Origin: Paragordius varius
Taxonomy: Eukaryota; Animalia; Nematomorpha
Direction: 5' to 3'
DNA length: 64,000 nt
Assembly (NCBI GenBank): GCA_964247055.1
Contig: OZ176053.1
Coordinates: 930,001-994,000, forward strand
Shown: piece after piece, positions 51,352-63,065 of the stretch
Position numbering within the stretch: position 1 is the first letter of the stretch
Layout: each line of letters starts with the position of its first letter
Translations under genes and position numbers: made by a program
The notes under the pieces: model-generated
Told to the model about the DNA's origin: nothing
Seen by the model: the letters and a program-made list of their open reading frames with translations, nothing else
The model's database searches: none

Positions 51352-51560
51352 CAGTCATGTATTCTTTATTTTATCCAAAATTTCTTTTGTTAAATGGGTA
51401 TTTGGTTATAAATGGAAAAACAAGAGCTCTATGGTATTAACAATATCATATTCATCAAAGTATGAGAATTACCATAGAGCTCTTGTTTTTCCATTCTTTA
51501 CCAAATATTAATACTCATTTAACAAAATAAAATAAATATTTGATAAAATAAAGGATTGAC
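51352..51560. mobile_element. Palindromic MITE of the CAGTCATGTA family
   Basis: Foldback GAAAAACAAGAGCTCTATGG / CCATAGAGCTCTTGTTTTTC. Confidence 0.7.
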
Positions 51561-52259
51561 TTAATTAGTCTATACGCATTTACAATTGCAAAAAAATTTA
51601 AGTTAAAAAAAAACAGGACAATAAAAAGTAATATAGAAAACTATCATTTTTGATCCCAGTTGTTTTTAAAATTAAAATAATTATTATAATTGATATTGTG
51701 AAATAAGAAATTGAATGTACCAATCTACAACTCTCTCTCCTTTCACAACAAAACGATAGTACAAGGTTAAATAAAAATTTTTGTGTTTTGTTGTTATAAT
51801 GCTAATTTTTACTGTGAAGGCATAAAAAGTTATTACAAGGGCTTAAAACGAACAATTGTGTACAAGAACATACCTGATGACCTGATTAAATTATTTTTGC
51901 GTGCTCTTTGGATACAATGCTAAACAATTTAATTTATACTTACCATATCAATAGGTCAAATATTTCAAAATATATTTTTAATTATTCCATTTATTGCATT
52001 TATTGTGGAATGAGCGATGTTTTGAAATAGAGGGTGTGATTAATACAGTTTTGGGTATTTAATATACTTTTTATTTTTTGACCAATTATTTTATATTATA
52101 TCTGCAGAAAAGGAAAATATGGGCTTTTAAAAGTTGATATAACTTATTTAGATGCATATTGACTTAAACACTAAATACACAGTATTTATCCTTTACTTTA
52201 AAGGTCAAAAAATATCCTGGTAAAATAATATTTTCTGAGAGGAATTTTTTAAGGATTAT

Positions 52260-53120
52260 TATAGTGCTTTTGATTTTGGCCCTTAGGAGTAATTTAAGAA
52301 AGTTATTAACACTTTTGTGTTAAGTGCTCCATATCAAAAAATGGCCAAATTAGCGCACATTTTATAATTTTTTTAGGTAAAAGTTAAATGCTTCCTTTCA
52401 AAAAATATACCTGTTAAACATATCATAAACTACATATAAAAATATTATATTTATGAAATATTAATTTTTGGATGTGAGCTCCGAAAGTCTCAATTGTTTT
52501 CGCCATTTTGAAATAAGCTTTGTTAAAATAAACGCCAAAATGCCGAGATTGGGCGATATAAATTTATGCTAAATTTTGACATAAAAAATGGATGTTTTGC
52601 TTAAAAATTAATTTATACCATAATTTGATGAAGTGTACTTCATACAATTTCGAGACATGATAGAAACGGAATAAATATTTATTATTAAAACATATATATT
52701 AAAACGTTTTTTAATCCTTTCCTATCATGCCTTAAAATACTATGAAGTACTATTCAACAAAATTTTGATAAAATTAAATTTTTAATCAAAATGATGTTAA
52801 AATTTAGCATATATTCGTAATTTATATCACGCAATTTCAGCATTTTCCTTTTATTTTTAAAAAAACTAGCCCAAGAAGGGCGAAAGGTTTGGGACTTTCG
52901 AAGCTATCATCTAAAAATTAAATATTATAGATATATTGATTTGCTTATTTGTAGTTCATGTTATATTTTAGAGAATTTTTAATATAAGGCAATTAGTTTT
53001 CACCAAAAAAAATTTATTTAACGTTGGAATTTTGCCATCTTCGATATGGAGCAGCTACCACAAACGTGTAAATATATATTTTATATCATTCGTAAGGGCC
53101 AAAATTAAAAGCACCATGGA
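52260..53120. mobile_element. TIR element (~80-bp TIRs) immediately upstream of the Hsp40 gene
   Basis: Left GTGCTTTTGATTTTGGCCCTTAGGAG..GTGCTCCATATC; right GATATGGAGCA..GTAAGGGCCAAAATTAAAAGCAC. Confidence 0.65.
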
Positions 53121-53287
53121 CATTGTGTAATCTCCGAAAAAAAATTGGCCCTTGACCTGAAATGTAGATTCAAAACTTCTTTTTATTAACGATATTGATA
53201 ATGTAATTTTTGACAACAATGAACGTATTATCAATGAAAAAAAACAACAAATGATTTCAAGTTAATTTACTTATTTGTATATGATTT

Positions 53288-55194
53288 ATGAAAACACAAC
53301 GGGAAAAGGATTATTACAAAATCCTGGGGGTAGGGAAACAGGCGACATCGGACGAAATTAAACAAGCATATCGTAAACTTGCTTTACAATATCACCCAGA
53401 TAAAAATAGCAGTCCTGACGCCTCAGAAATGTTCAAAGTCGGTTGTTTTACTTAATAATTGTTTATTTGGGTTAGGAAAGAGAAAGATTTGCAGTTAAAA
53501 ATTTTAAAAACTTTAAAATACTTTTCTTTACTTAAAATTTCAATAGGAAATAGCTGAAGCTTATGAAGTGCTGAGTGACACTAAAAAACGACAGCTGTAC
53601 GATGAATTGGGCCGGCCTAGTAGAAGGGGTTCAAACATCTTTTTCTCACCACCCACCAGCTCACCGAAGTTCTCAAATAAATCGTGCGGGAATTTCGCAA
53701 AAGATAGGATGTTTCGAAAAAATATCTTTCGAGATTTTTCCACAGCCAATAATGGAGGCACGGAAGGAACTAATTCCAATATGACTTTTATTCGCGTAAC
53801 GACTTTCAATGATGATTTGAACAATATCAATAACTTAAACAGTAATTTCAAATTTCATTCAGAGGATCCATTTAAAGTGTTTGAAAACTTTTTTGGAACT
53901 CGGAGTCCTTTTCGCGTATTCGATAATTTGGATACCATTTTTGGGCAAAATACGTTGCATCCCAGCGATAGCAATTTATCCATAATGTTAAACAATAACA
54001 TTTATAGCAAAAGGAAAAAAGGTCCATTCATGTCAGATTGGGGTGGGAAAAGCGGACACACTAAATCAAACATACCAACATACAGTAATATAGAAGTAAG
54101 CTTAGAAGAAATCTTAACAGGCGTAGTTAAAAAGCGCAAGATTACAAGTAGAATTTATTCGAGCGACACGCAATTCAGGTAGAATTTAGAAAAATAATTT
54201 TTTATATTAAAAAATTAAAATTATACACACACATAAAATATATCAAATATTTATTCTGAAAGATAACCTACCATACTTTTTAGCAGGGCTTCGAACCTAA
54301 ACATGAGGTTTCAGCAGGAGTCAGCTCTGCTGGGTTGCCCGGATTTATTAAATTATCAGGAACCAGACCAGCCAGGAACCGCCCGGTTCCGCCTACTGTT
54401 TTAAAACCCTAATTTTTTAACAAAAACTGTCTAAATGAAATTAAATAATTTAGCGTGCTACCAATTAAAATCTTTTTTTACCACTTAATCGATACTCTAA
54501 GGTTTGAAAAATATGATTGATTGTCTTTTGAAAAACACTTTGCCATTAAGTTTCCATTTTGTCTGTATAACTTAATTTTTAACTATTATAAACAAAAATA
54601 TGTTTGATTAAAACAATGATTAAATTAAATTTTTTTTCGTAAAAAATCCTTATTTTTTTAACGCAAACCAAGTGTGCGAGAAAAAAGCATAGAAATAGTC
54701 ATTAGCCCCGGCGCGTTAGAAAACACTCAAATACCATTTCTCAAGCATGGGAACCAAATGCCGGGACAAACTGAGCCTTCAGACATAATTTTTATTGTTA
54801 AAATTAAACGACATCCCCATTTTGAGCGGATGACTGAGTCCGCCTACGGTCAAGATTTAAAATATGTGGCAACTATTCAGTTAAAAGAGGCTCTGTGTGG
54901 AACAACTTTATCTATACCTCTGTTAGAGGGTGGAATTCACCAAGAAAGGATTAATCAAATCATAAATCAAACCACCGAAATTCGGATAAAGGGTTGCCCT
55001 ATTCAACTAGCCAAGAATCACAACAAAATAAAAATGATTTGATAGAAATGGATGAGATCCCTACATGCAGTTCAGGCTCTGGAACAAGCAAAACCGTAAT
55101 GAATAGAGGGGATATTGTCGTTTCATTTAACATTATTTTCCCACAAACCCTATCGCTTAGTGGGAAAAAAATTCTCGAGTCTATTTTACCGTAA
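53288..55194 (+). CDS. Class II Hsp40 (DNAJB1/4/5-like), 3 exons, with a frameshift near 54990
   Basis: Exons 53288-53437, 53547-54178, 54673-55194. J domain [34 protein letters not shown]-like region, [16 protein letters not shown]. The terminal [15 protein letters not shown] lies in another frame. Confidence 0.88.
54283..54411. mobile_element. Possible short hAT-like MITE in Hsp40 intron 2
   Basis: CAGGGCTTCGAAC ... GTTTTAAAACCCTA imperfect inverted ends and GC-rich AACCG/CGGTT motifs. TSD not clear. Confidence 0.3.
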
Positions 55195-55276
55195 AAGGAA
55201 TTATATTTTTGTGCTATTAATGCGAATTTCGGATTATAAGCGTATGTATGGCTGGTTTAAAAATAAATGAAAATGT

Positions 55277-57112
55277 TTATTTGGCACGTAGTCGATTAAC
55301 AACATGAGGAGTAAATATGATAGCTATAAATATCAATATGAATATAAGTGCAATACATATAAGGGTTGATTTCGTAATAAATGATTTTAGTCTATTATGA
55401 GATTTTGCGTACTCATTATTAAAATCCTTATTTTCAGGTGCGAGAATTAATGATCGACGAATGATATTTGGTATTTTACCATTTTCTGCTACCTTTAAAC
55501 GGATATTTTTAGGATGTGTTATATTATTTTTAAACAATTTTTCCTGAAATTTTATATGATGGATTAAAAGTTGGAGGGCAGATAACACCTCTTGAGCCGT
55601 AGGTATAATTTGTTCTGTCGGCAATATAAAAGAGTAATGTATTTTATTTCTCAGCTCGATAACTATGGAATAGGGGACCCCCAAAGCCGAATAAAACCAA
55701 TCAGCGGATGTACCCAATGCTGTGTAAAGAACTCTGGCAGAAGGGCCTGTCGTGTATGTCACATTATGTTGATTCTTGATAGCTTTTACCATTTCCAACC
55801 CTAGTTTGTTAAATTCGGCTTCATCCGGGGGTAATTGGGTCGTGTAAGTATAAGGGAATAAAATGTATTGTCCAAACGAATGTAAACTCAAAAATAATTG
55901 AATAGAGGAGGAGGGAAGCAAATCCACCCTTAGCTGTTCCGCAAAATTTCTTATGGCTTGAGTTTCGGGCTCGGAGAAGGGTTCTGGCCCGGCGTATTCA
56001 TTGCTACAGAAATGGGTGTAACGCACATTCTTATAATACTCGTGATTGACATCATTAGCGCTGTAATCTCCTTGGTCCATTGCCTGTTGATTTATGCGAT
56101 TATCCGTTTTGGGTTCGGAAAAATGCGTGGGCCAACCCACATTGTAATTCCGATTTATGTCAACACCCTCACACCGATCAGACATATCTTTTATGAGGCC
56201 AAGCACATCTTGATCCATCGCATGTTTGCTTTTTGGCATAAGCACTCTTCGGTTTTTACGCCAAAGTCGATCATGGGTATAACTGTAAACGTAACCGTCA
56301 GGATTCACAACTGGAAAAATGTACCAATCAAACCCCGTTCGCATATTAACATTTTTGTCATCAAACAGCAAATAATGAATGAGATTCAAGGCGACAGCTA
56401 AGCTAATCCATTCTCGGGCATGTTCAGTCGCTATGATTATCAGAGAATGCGAGGGTCTTGGATTATCACCCGTTATGTTTTCGCCAATACTAAAAAGTTT
56501 CAATCCCAAAATCGGTCTATTTTCCCATGTAGTTCCAATGTTCAAAAGTTTGACCGATTTACTTTTACCATACTTAGTGGCTATCAACTGCAACCATGCA
56601 TATACATCATCCAATTTGTTGTAAGAGTTCAAGAGTATGGTCCCATTGCTTCCATGAGACGCTTTTGCTATTTCCAAGCGTTCACGGTCAATGTTTCTAT
56701 CCAGATTCGCTATAATAGTTTTCAAACTATTTTGATACTCCTCATACCAGTCTAGGTAGGGTTGAAATTTAGCCTCATTACTTAAAGCTATGTCACGTTT
56801 AATTTTATGTTTCACGTGACTTGTGTCCGATCTTGATTTACGAATCAATAAATTTAGAATAGAACCAATCACCATGAAAATGGTTTGATTAACCCTTTCA
56901 GGAGGTTGTAGAAACTCCAAAGGAGGAGCTTTTGCGTATGATTCCTGATCCCTGAGAGATTTGAGGTAGAGACCTCTCATCCTTTTCAAATTTTCTGCAT
57001 TTGGAATGCGATAGGCTACAACCGAATAGTTGTTATATGATCGGGGTTCGCTATAACTTGCATATGCAAAAGTAATGGTAATCAAGACAACATAATAGAG
57101 GCAAAAAATCAT
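55277..57112 (-). CDS. M14A zinc carboxypeptidase (CPA/CPB-like), intronless 611 aa, with signal peptide, prodomain and C-terminal transmembrane helix
   Basis: HAREW, WRKNR, GVDINRNY, LSLHSF, LYTALGTSADW, IELR. N-terminal hydrophobic leader; C-terminal TLICIALIFILIFIAIIF followed by NRLRAK. Confidence 0.92.
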   Translation of the reverse strand: MIFCLYYVVLITITFAYASYSEPRSYNNYSVVAYRIPNAENLKRMRGLYLKSLRDQESYAKAPPLEFLQPPERVNQTIFMVIGSILNLLIRKSRSDTSHVKHKIKRDIALSNEAKFQPYLDWYEEYQNSLKTIIANLDRNIDRERLEIAKASHGSNGTILLNSYNKLDDVYAWLQLIATKYGKSKSVKLLNIGTTWENRPILGLKLFSIGENITGDNPRPSHSLIIIATEHAREWISLAVALNLIHYLLFDDKNVNMRTGFDWYIFPVVNPDGYVYSYTHDRLWRKNRRVLMPKSKHAMDQDVLGLIKDMSDRCEGVDINRNYNVGWPTHFSEPKTDNRINQQAMDQGDYSANDVNHEYYKNVRYTHFCSNEYAGPEPFSEPETQAIRNFAEQLRVDLLPSSSIQLFLSLHSFGQYILFPYTYTTQLPPDEAEFNKLGLEMVKAIKNQHNVTYTTGPSARVLYTALGTSADWFYSALGVPYSIVIELRNKIHYSFILPTEQIIPTAQEVLSALQLLIHHIKFQEKLFKNNITHPKNIRLKVAENGKIPNIIRRSLILAPENKDFNNEYAKSHNRLKSFITKSTLICIALIFILIFIAIIFTPHVVNRLRAK

Positions 57113-58389
57113 AAAGTTGAATGAGGTAGAAAAATAACCATCCGGGCTAAATTTTACAAATTAATCAAATCAATTAAGAATAAAAAGAGACGAGAATGAA
57201 TTTAACATTATATTTTGTTAAACAACTATTTCATTTTGATATACAATATATATGTATGATGTACATTCTTTTTTATCATGTCAAATTCTAAATTTATACA
57301 CTTAAAAAATTAACTTTACAAAAAACACTAAATTAGAAAGATTTTAGCGAATAATAATATTTTACTTATAATTATTACAGTAAAAACTAAAATTATACGG
57401 ACAATACGGAAAAATATAAGGAATTTTTTCTAAAAGACAACCATACTTTTTAAACCTAGATTCATATCAATAAACTCATTGTTTTAAATGGCAAAAAGTG
57501 AAATAGAGATATATATTACTAACACAATCAATTCTATATTTTAGAATTGTAACTAAGAAATGGTTGTTGTTTTTTTAAATTTGTCTTTATATTTTTACGT
57601 TTTGTCCGTATAATTTTAATTTACACGGTATCTTATAAAAATTTCCTCAAATCAAAAATCATCGTTAATCATGTACAAAAAAGCGCAAACTAACACATTT
57701 ACTGAATTTTATATTGAGTATAATGATTACAAGTTATTTTATTATTTTTTATTAGCCAATATCAAATAAAAAAACGCAGTTTTCGCACATGACATGTTAA
57801 TATTAATTTAGAACTAAGTTTAAGCCACACAGATTTATAAATGTCATTAACCATCATTTTTAGGTATTATTATCCATTTATTAATGAATATTAAGTTTTT
57901 TTCGCAACCCATATAGGGCTATTCACATAAAAGGAAAATATTTACAGTGTGAGATAGTATACACATTGCTAGAAAGTTATTAATTATTGCCAAATAGTAA
58001 ACAACAAAGTGCAGTATTATTGGCTTATAGTTTTTTTTACTTTTTGCCATTATTAACCAATAATACTTCCCTTTGTTGTGTATATACTATTTGGCAATAA
58101 TTAATAACTTTCTAGATAGTTATTCATACTGTTGTTATTTGTAAATGCATTGAAAAAGTAAAAAAACCTTTATTCATTTATAATTGCACCGACATCCTTG
58201 TTTAATTAGTGGTCCTACCCCGTGTAAAATAGGGTTTATACAGTAAAAATTGAATATAAGGACAAAAAGTAAAAATATAAGGATGACAAATATTATTTTC
58301 AAAAGACAATGATACATTTTCAAACCCAAATTTTTACCCTATAAGCTATTTAATTAAGATTGTAAAATAACAAATTGATTGTAGTAATA

Positions 58390-59691
58390 CAGTATGCATT
58401 TTAATGTGTGTTAAGTAATTTTATTGTGAGCCAAATAACATAAATGCTTTATCAAATGCGTAAAATACTGACCCACAAAATTATTTCTTAGTACACACAT
58501 GAAAGAGGATTGACGTGAGAATTAACATAAGCTTTAATTAGATGGATATTTTGTAATGTTAAATTTTGAGAATATTATAGCAATTTATGTTAACATTGAA
58601 ATATTGTTATTACGTATTTAGATGCGGAATTTTGTGGGATTTTATCTTTAATAAATATTTTATTTGTAAATTTTAAGATTATTTATGTTAATTATTCTTA
58701 ATTAAATTAATCATATATTTTCAATATGATAAATACCTGTATTAATCAAAATTGGTATTATTATTTTATATAGTTGTTATTACTAATCAAAAAACACAGG
58801 TTATATATTTGTGAAATTTTAAGTAGATTTTTGTCTTTTATGTTTTCTTGTTTTTCATTGTCAATTTTTAAGTGTTGAATGAGGTAAAATTGCGGTTTTT
58901 AATAAATTTAGTAAAAATTTAATTTTTTTGTTTTTTATTTAACATTGTAAATTGTAATTAATTAATGCTTATTTTGGACATTTTAATAAATACAGCTAAA
59001 ATTGCGGTTTTTAATAAATTTGGTAACAATTTAATTTTTTTTGTTTTTTATTTAAAATAGTTAATTGTAATTAATTATTACATATTTTGGACATTTTAAT
59101 ACAGGTAAAAATTGCGGTTTTTAATAAATTTAGTAAAAATTTAACATTTTTTGTATTTTGTATCATTGTTATTTGTTATTAATTACTAAATATTTTCAAC
59201 ATTTAAAAAACAGGTGAAAATTGCGGTTTTGAAAAGATTAATAAAATTTTTAATTTTTTGTTCAATCTTGCTAATTCATTAATTGTTTTTTAATTAGTAA
59301 TATCAACTATATAAAATAATAATACCAATTTCGATTAATACAGGTATTTATCATATTGAAAAAAATGATAAAGTAAGAATAATTAACATAAATAATCTTA
59401 AAATAGCTATTTTACAAATAATTAATTTATTAAAGATAAAATCTTACAAAATTCCGCATCTAAATACGTAACAACAATATTTCAATGTTAAAAAAAATTG
59501 CCATAATATTCTCAAAATTTAACATTATAAAATATCCATCAAATTAAAGCCTATGTTAATTCTCACGTCAATCTTCTTTCATATGTGTACTACGAAATAA
59601 TTTAGTGGGTCAGTATTTTTCGCATTTGATAAACCATTTATGTTATTTGACTGGCAATAAAATTACTTAACATACAATCAAATGCATACTG
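58390..59691. mobile_element. Non-autonomous Tc1/mariner-type element, long (~300-bp) TIRs, TA TSD, internal ~75-bp tandem repeats
   Basis: TA|CAGTATGCAT ... ATGCATACTG|TA, with extended inverted similarity. Confidence 0.85.
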
Positions 59692-60090
59692 TATATCTCC
59701 ATTTCACACTTTATTAAATACAATGTGTTATATTTGAAATAATTGAGAAAAGTATGGTTGTCTGTTTGTGAAAAATATTTGTCTTTATATTTTTTACGTT
59801 TTGTCCATAGTATAATTTCGATTTTTACTGTAAAAAAGACAAGTCTCAAAAAATCGTGTCCCTTTAGACAAATCAATATAATATACTTATTTTTTACGAA
59901 CGCGCCGAGTCCAATTTTTTTATAATTAACCCCTGCATTTAGCCGCTATTCCGGAAAAATGACATTTTTCAAAAAATACTAGGCCATCAAAAATAACTTT
60001 TCGAACCAGTTAACCATCCAAGTTATGAAAATATATATAAAATCATGAATGATTAGGCATTCAATGTATGAAGGAAGGAGAGAGAATATA

Positions 60091-60322
60091 CAGTCATGTA
60101 TCCTTTGTTTTATCAAAAAAATTTTTTTTTCTGTTAAATGGGTATAAATATTTGTTAAAGAATGGAAAAAACAAGAGCTCTATGGTATTAACAATAATAT
60201 ATTCATTAAAAAAGCATAAGAATTATTATAGAGCTCTTGTTTTTACCATTCTTTAACAAATATTTATACCCCCATTTAACAAAAAAAAATAATTTTTTGA
60301 TAAAATAAAGGATACATGACTG
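60091..60322. mobile_element. 232-bp palindromic Tc1/mariner MITE
   Basis: TA|CAGTCATGTATCC ... GGATACATGACTG|TA. Confidence 0.92.
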
Positions 60323-60637
60323 TAATTGAGCGTTTTTTTTAAAAAATTAACCCATAGGTAGAACCTGACCTATGTTCCCTTATAAAACCATATGGATTCA
60401 ATATCTCTCGTTTCAAGCAGATCCTTTTTTGGTTAATACATGGTTAGGACTGCTCTCTATTAAAAACGTCCCACCCAACCTAAAACTCGTGTTTCTCCAT
60501 GGCTATATTTTTTTCAGTTTATAGAAGAAAGCAAATGTTTATTAGAAATAAAATTTTTATAAATCAATCAATCATAATAATTTATTTACAAATCGAGTCA
60601 ATGAATATCATAGAGTATTTATTGTGTTTGGTGTATT

Positions 60638-63018
60638 TTATTTGATTTTCCGGAACGCAAAAACTATGTAATTACCTAAAAACATTAAAATTTAAAACAT
60701 ATGCATACCTATAGCCTCCCATTCTGATGCCGAAATGGTTAACTGTAAACACATGTATGGGAATAATTACAATAAAATTTTATTAAAAAATAAATATTAA
60801 GTATCTCAAATTTTATTTATAATATAATTTATAAATTAAGAATACTTTAGAGGGCTATATATTCATCCTTAGTTATATTATCTATTTAAGGGTTGTTGCA
60901 TAGGATAAAATGACTAACTTAATATTTGAAAACTTAAAACACCCCTGAAATGATATTGTTTTACAAAAAAACTAAAAATCGTAAAATATACTTTTGTTAA
61001 TAAATATATCAATTTTTATTTTTTGGTCCTTATATAATGATATCTAATCTTGTATTGAATATAAAACAGGTTTTAAATCCATAATTTATTTCAAATCTCA
61101 CTTTAACTTAAATAAAACAAATTTTATAACATATATAAATATAAATGGTACATACCAAAGGTAAGGTAACTTTTGAAGCGCCATCCTTACTTTGCATGAG
61201 TTTATTAACATGATCAAATTCTTTAGTGGAATGAAGATTGTTTTGAGATGAACAATGTGTATAAATTTTAAAGAGTTGAGCACGTTTCCAATGTTCAGTG
61301 TTGCCCTTTTCCCGTTCATCCGCGTAAAATGTATGGACATTTTTTTCAAGAATACAATGCATCCCATATTCACGGGCTACCAGCTCCCTGAGAAAAGGGA
61401 AATAAGCCAGGAATTCGGTACAATCGACCCTTTCTTTTAGTTTGTACCTTAGGTTGGCTCCTTAAAGAGTTATAAAAGGTAAATTACAGTAAAAGAAAAT
61501 TTCGTTTATAAACACCAGGATTACATTAATTCATTCCCTATTTTTCATTTAAAAGATTATTCATGTAATTTTTGTCTACACATTTCATTTGCATTTTTTT
61601 TATTTAAAAATAATTACCCACGAGGGGTGGGGATTGAGCATTTTTAGGGTCATGCCTGAATTTTGTGAAGCTTGGATGATCGAAAGATATCTCATAAACA
61701 GGATTTTCATAAACATATATTGATGTTGAGCTATTAGGCCCATTTTTACTTTCTTCAGATATTTCTAGAGAATTAGTTCCGTTGCTTTGTTTAATGGGTA
61801 CTTTCATGAGTTTTTCCCTAAAAAATAATTTTACATATAAGGAAACGGCTTAAAACGAATCAAAGGTATATAAAACTGATTTTTACATTGAAATACTAGG
61901 ATTTAAATACAGTGAAAAATAAAATTATAAAGATAAACCATAAAAAGTAAAATACAAATACTTTTAAGATAAAAACCACAATTTTTTTTACTTGTTTTTA
62001 TAAAAAACTAAAAGACACATTTGGTAAATATATAACTGGTTTGTTACCATTATACATCTCTTTTCCTTACTTGGCAACTCAAAACTATAGGTGATATAAT
62101 AAAAGTCAATCTTAACTTTTTAATTTTTCTATTACATTTCATAATTCATATCCTGATTTACGTTTAATTTCACATTATGGATGTAGGTTCCAAAAGATTT
62201 AATTGCCCTTTAAACGGGCAGGTTTTAATAAAATAAACGCAAAAATTCCGAAATTGCGCGATAAAATGTAAAGAAATGCCAAAGAATTCAAGAATAACTT
62301 TTTAATATTTTAAAATTAATTTTAAACCCAAATTTTGTTGGGAAAAAGATCCAAAAATATAATATGTTTTTATAATATTTTGTTTAAAGAAATCACAAAA
62401 ATATTTTACATCAATTTTTCGGCATCAGTCATGATTCCAATAAAAAGACCTCCCAACTGTAAAAGATCACTTACATTTTCTAAAATCCGCTTTAATCTGC
62501 TATATGATTCAAATGCGTAGTGGAGCGCATATTGACAATTAATCAGGTTAAATTTTATATTGGGATCTAAACCGTTTTTAGCCAATTCTGAACGCAAATT
62601 AACCCAAATATAACTTTAAAATTATACTTCACAGCAATCTAGGCATATGAATTTAGCCTTAAAAGGTAATTTTGATTCGTTATACCTTGTTTTGCATTCT
62701 AAAATACTCTCTGAAGCAATATCTATACTTTTATAAAAAATTTTAACCTACAAATACGACTAAATCGACTTTATCCTTATATTTTTTAAGGTCTCCCCCT
62801 TTACCACAACACAAATCTAAAACATACACGGGTTTCGTTTGACAGAGAAATAAATATTTTTCTGTAATTTAAAAATTATCATTTTTACCAATAAGGATTT
62901 GTTTGATGTAATTGTTGAAACATCTTAATTTAATTATTTCACTATTTACTCGGTGTTCTTCCTTTAAATTACTGTAATGATCGGCAATCTCGTTTTTAAA
63001 TCCACCTGAATTTTGCAT
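60638..63018 (-). CDS. RNMT: mRNA cap guanine-N7 methyltransferase, 8 exons, ~369 aa
   Basis: Exons 63018-62889, 62861-62748, 62722-62628, 62603-62410, 61817-61618, 61460-61156, 60742-60709, 60675-60638. Motifs IADHY, LRCFNNYIKQILI, VLDLCCGKGGDL, DIA, NCQYALHYAFES, GGLFIG, VDCTEFLAYFP, SEWEAI..YIVFAFRK. The start codon and one acceptor (GG) are inferred. Confidence 0.9.
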
Positions 63019-63065
63019 CTGTTTTTGCGCGTTATGAAATAGTTGACAGATGCGAAATCCGTCTC

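Noticed and set aside
53561-53851. Antisense and alternative-frame ORFs over the Hsp40 gene
   Set aside because: Shadow ORFs of a real coding exon; no recognisable product.
54285-54330. tRNA-like GCTTCGAACC (T-loop-like) motif
   Set aside because: No cloverleaf, D-arm or acceptor stem could be formed.
55592-56755. Plus-strand ORFs of 70-147 aa
   Set aside because: Antisense shadows of the carboxypeptidase CDS.
30268-57112. A co-functional peptide-signalling cluster (GPCR + ADAMTS + membrane carboxypeptidase)
   Set aside because: Proximity alone; no shared regulatory signal or pathway link is visible in the sequence.
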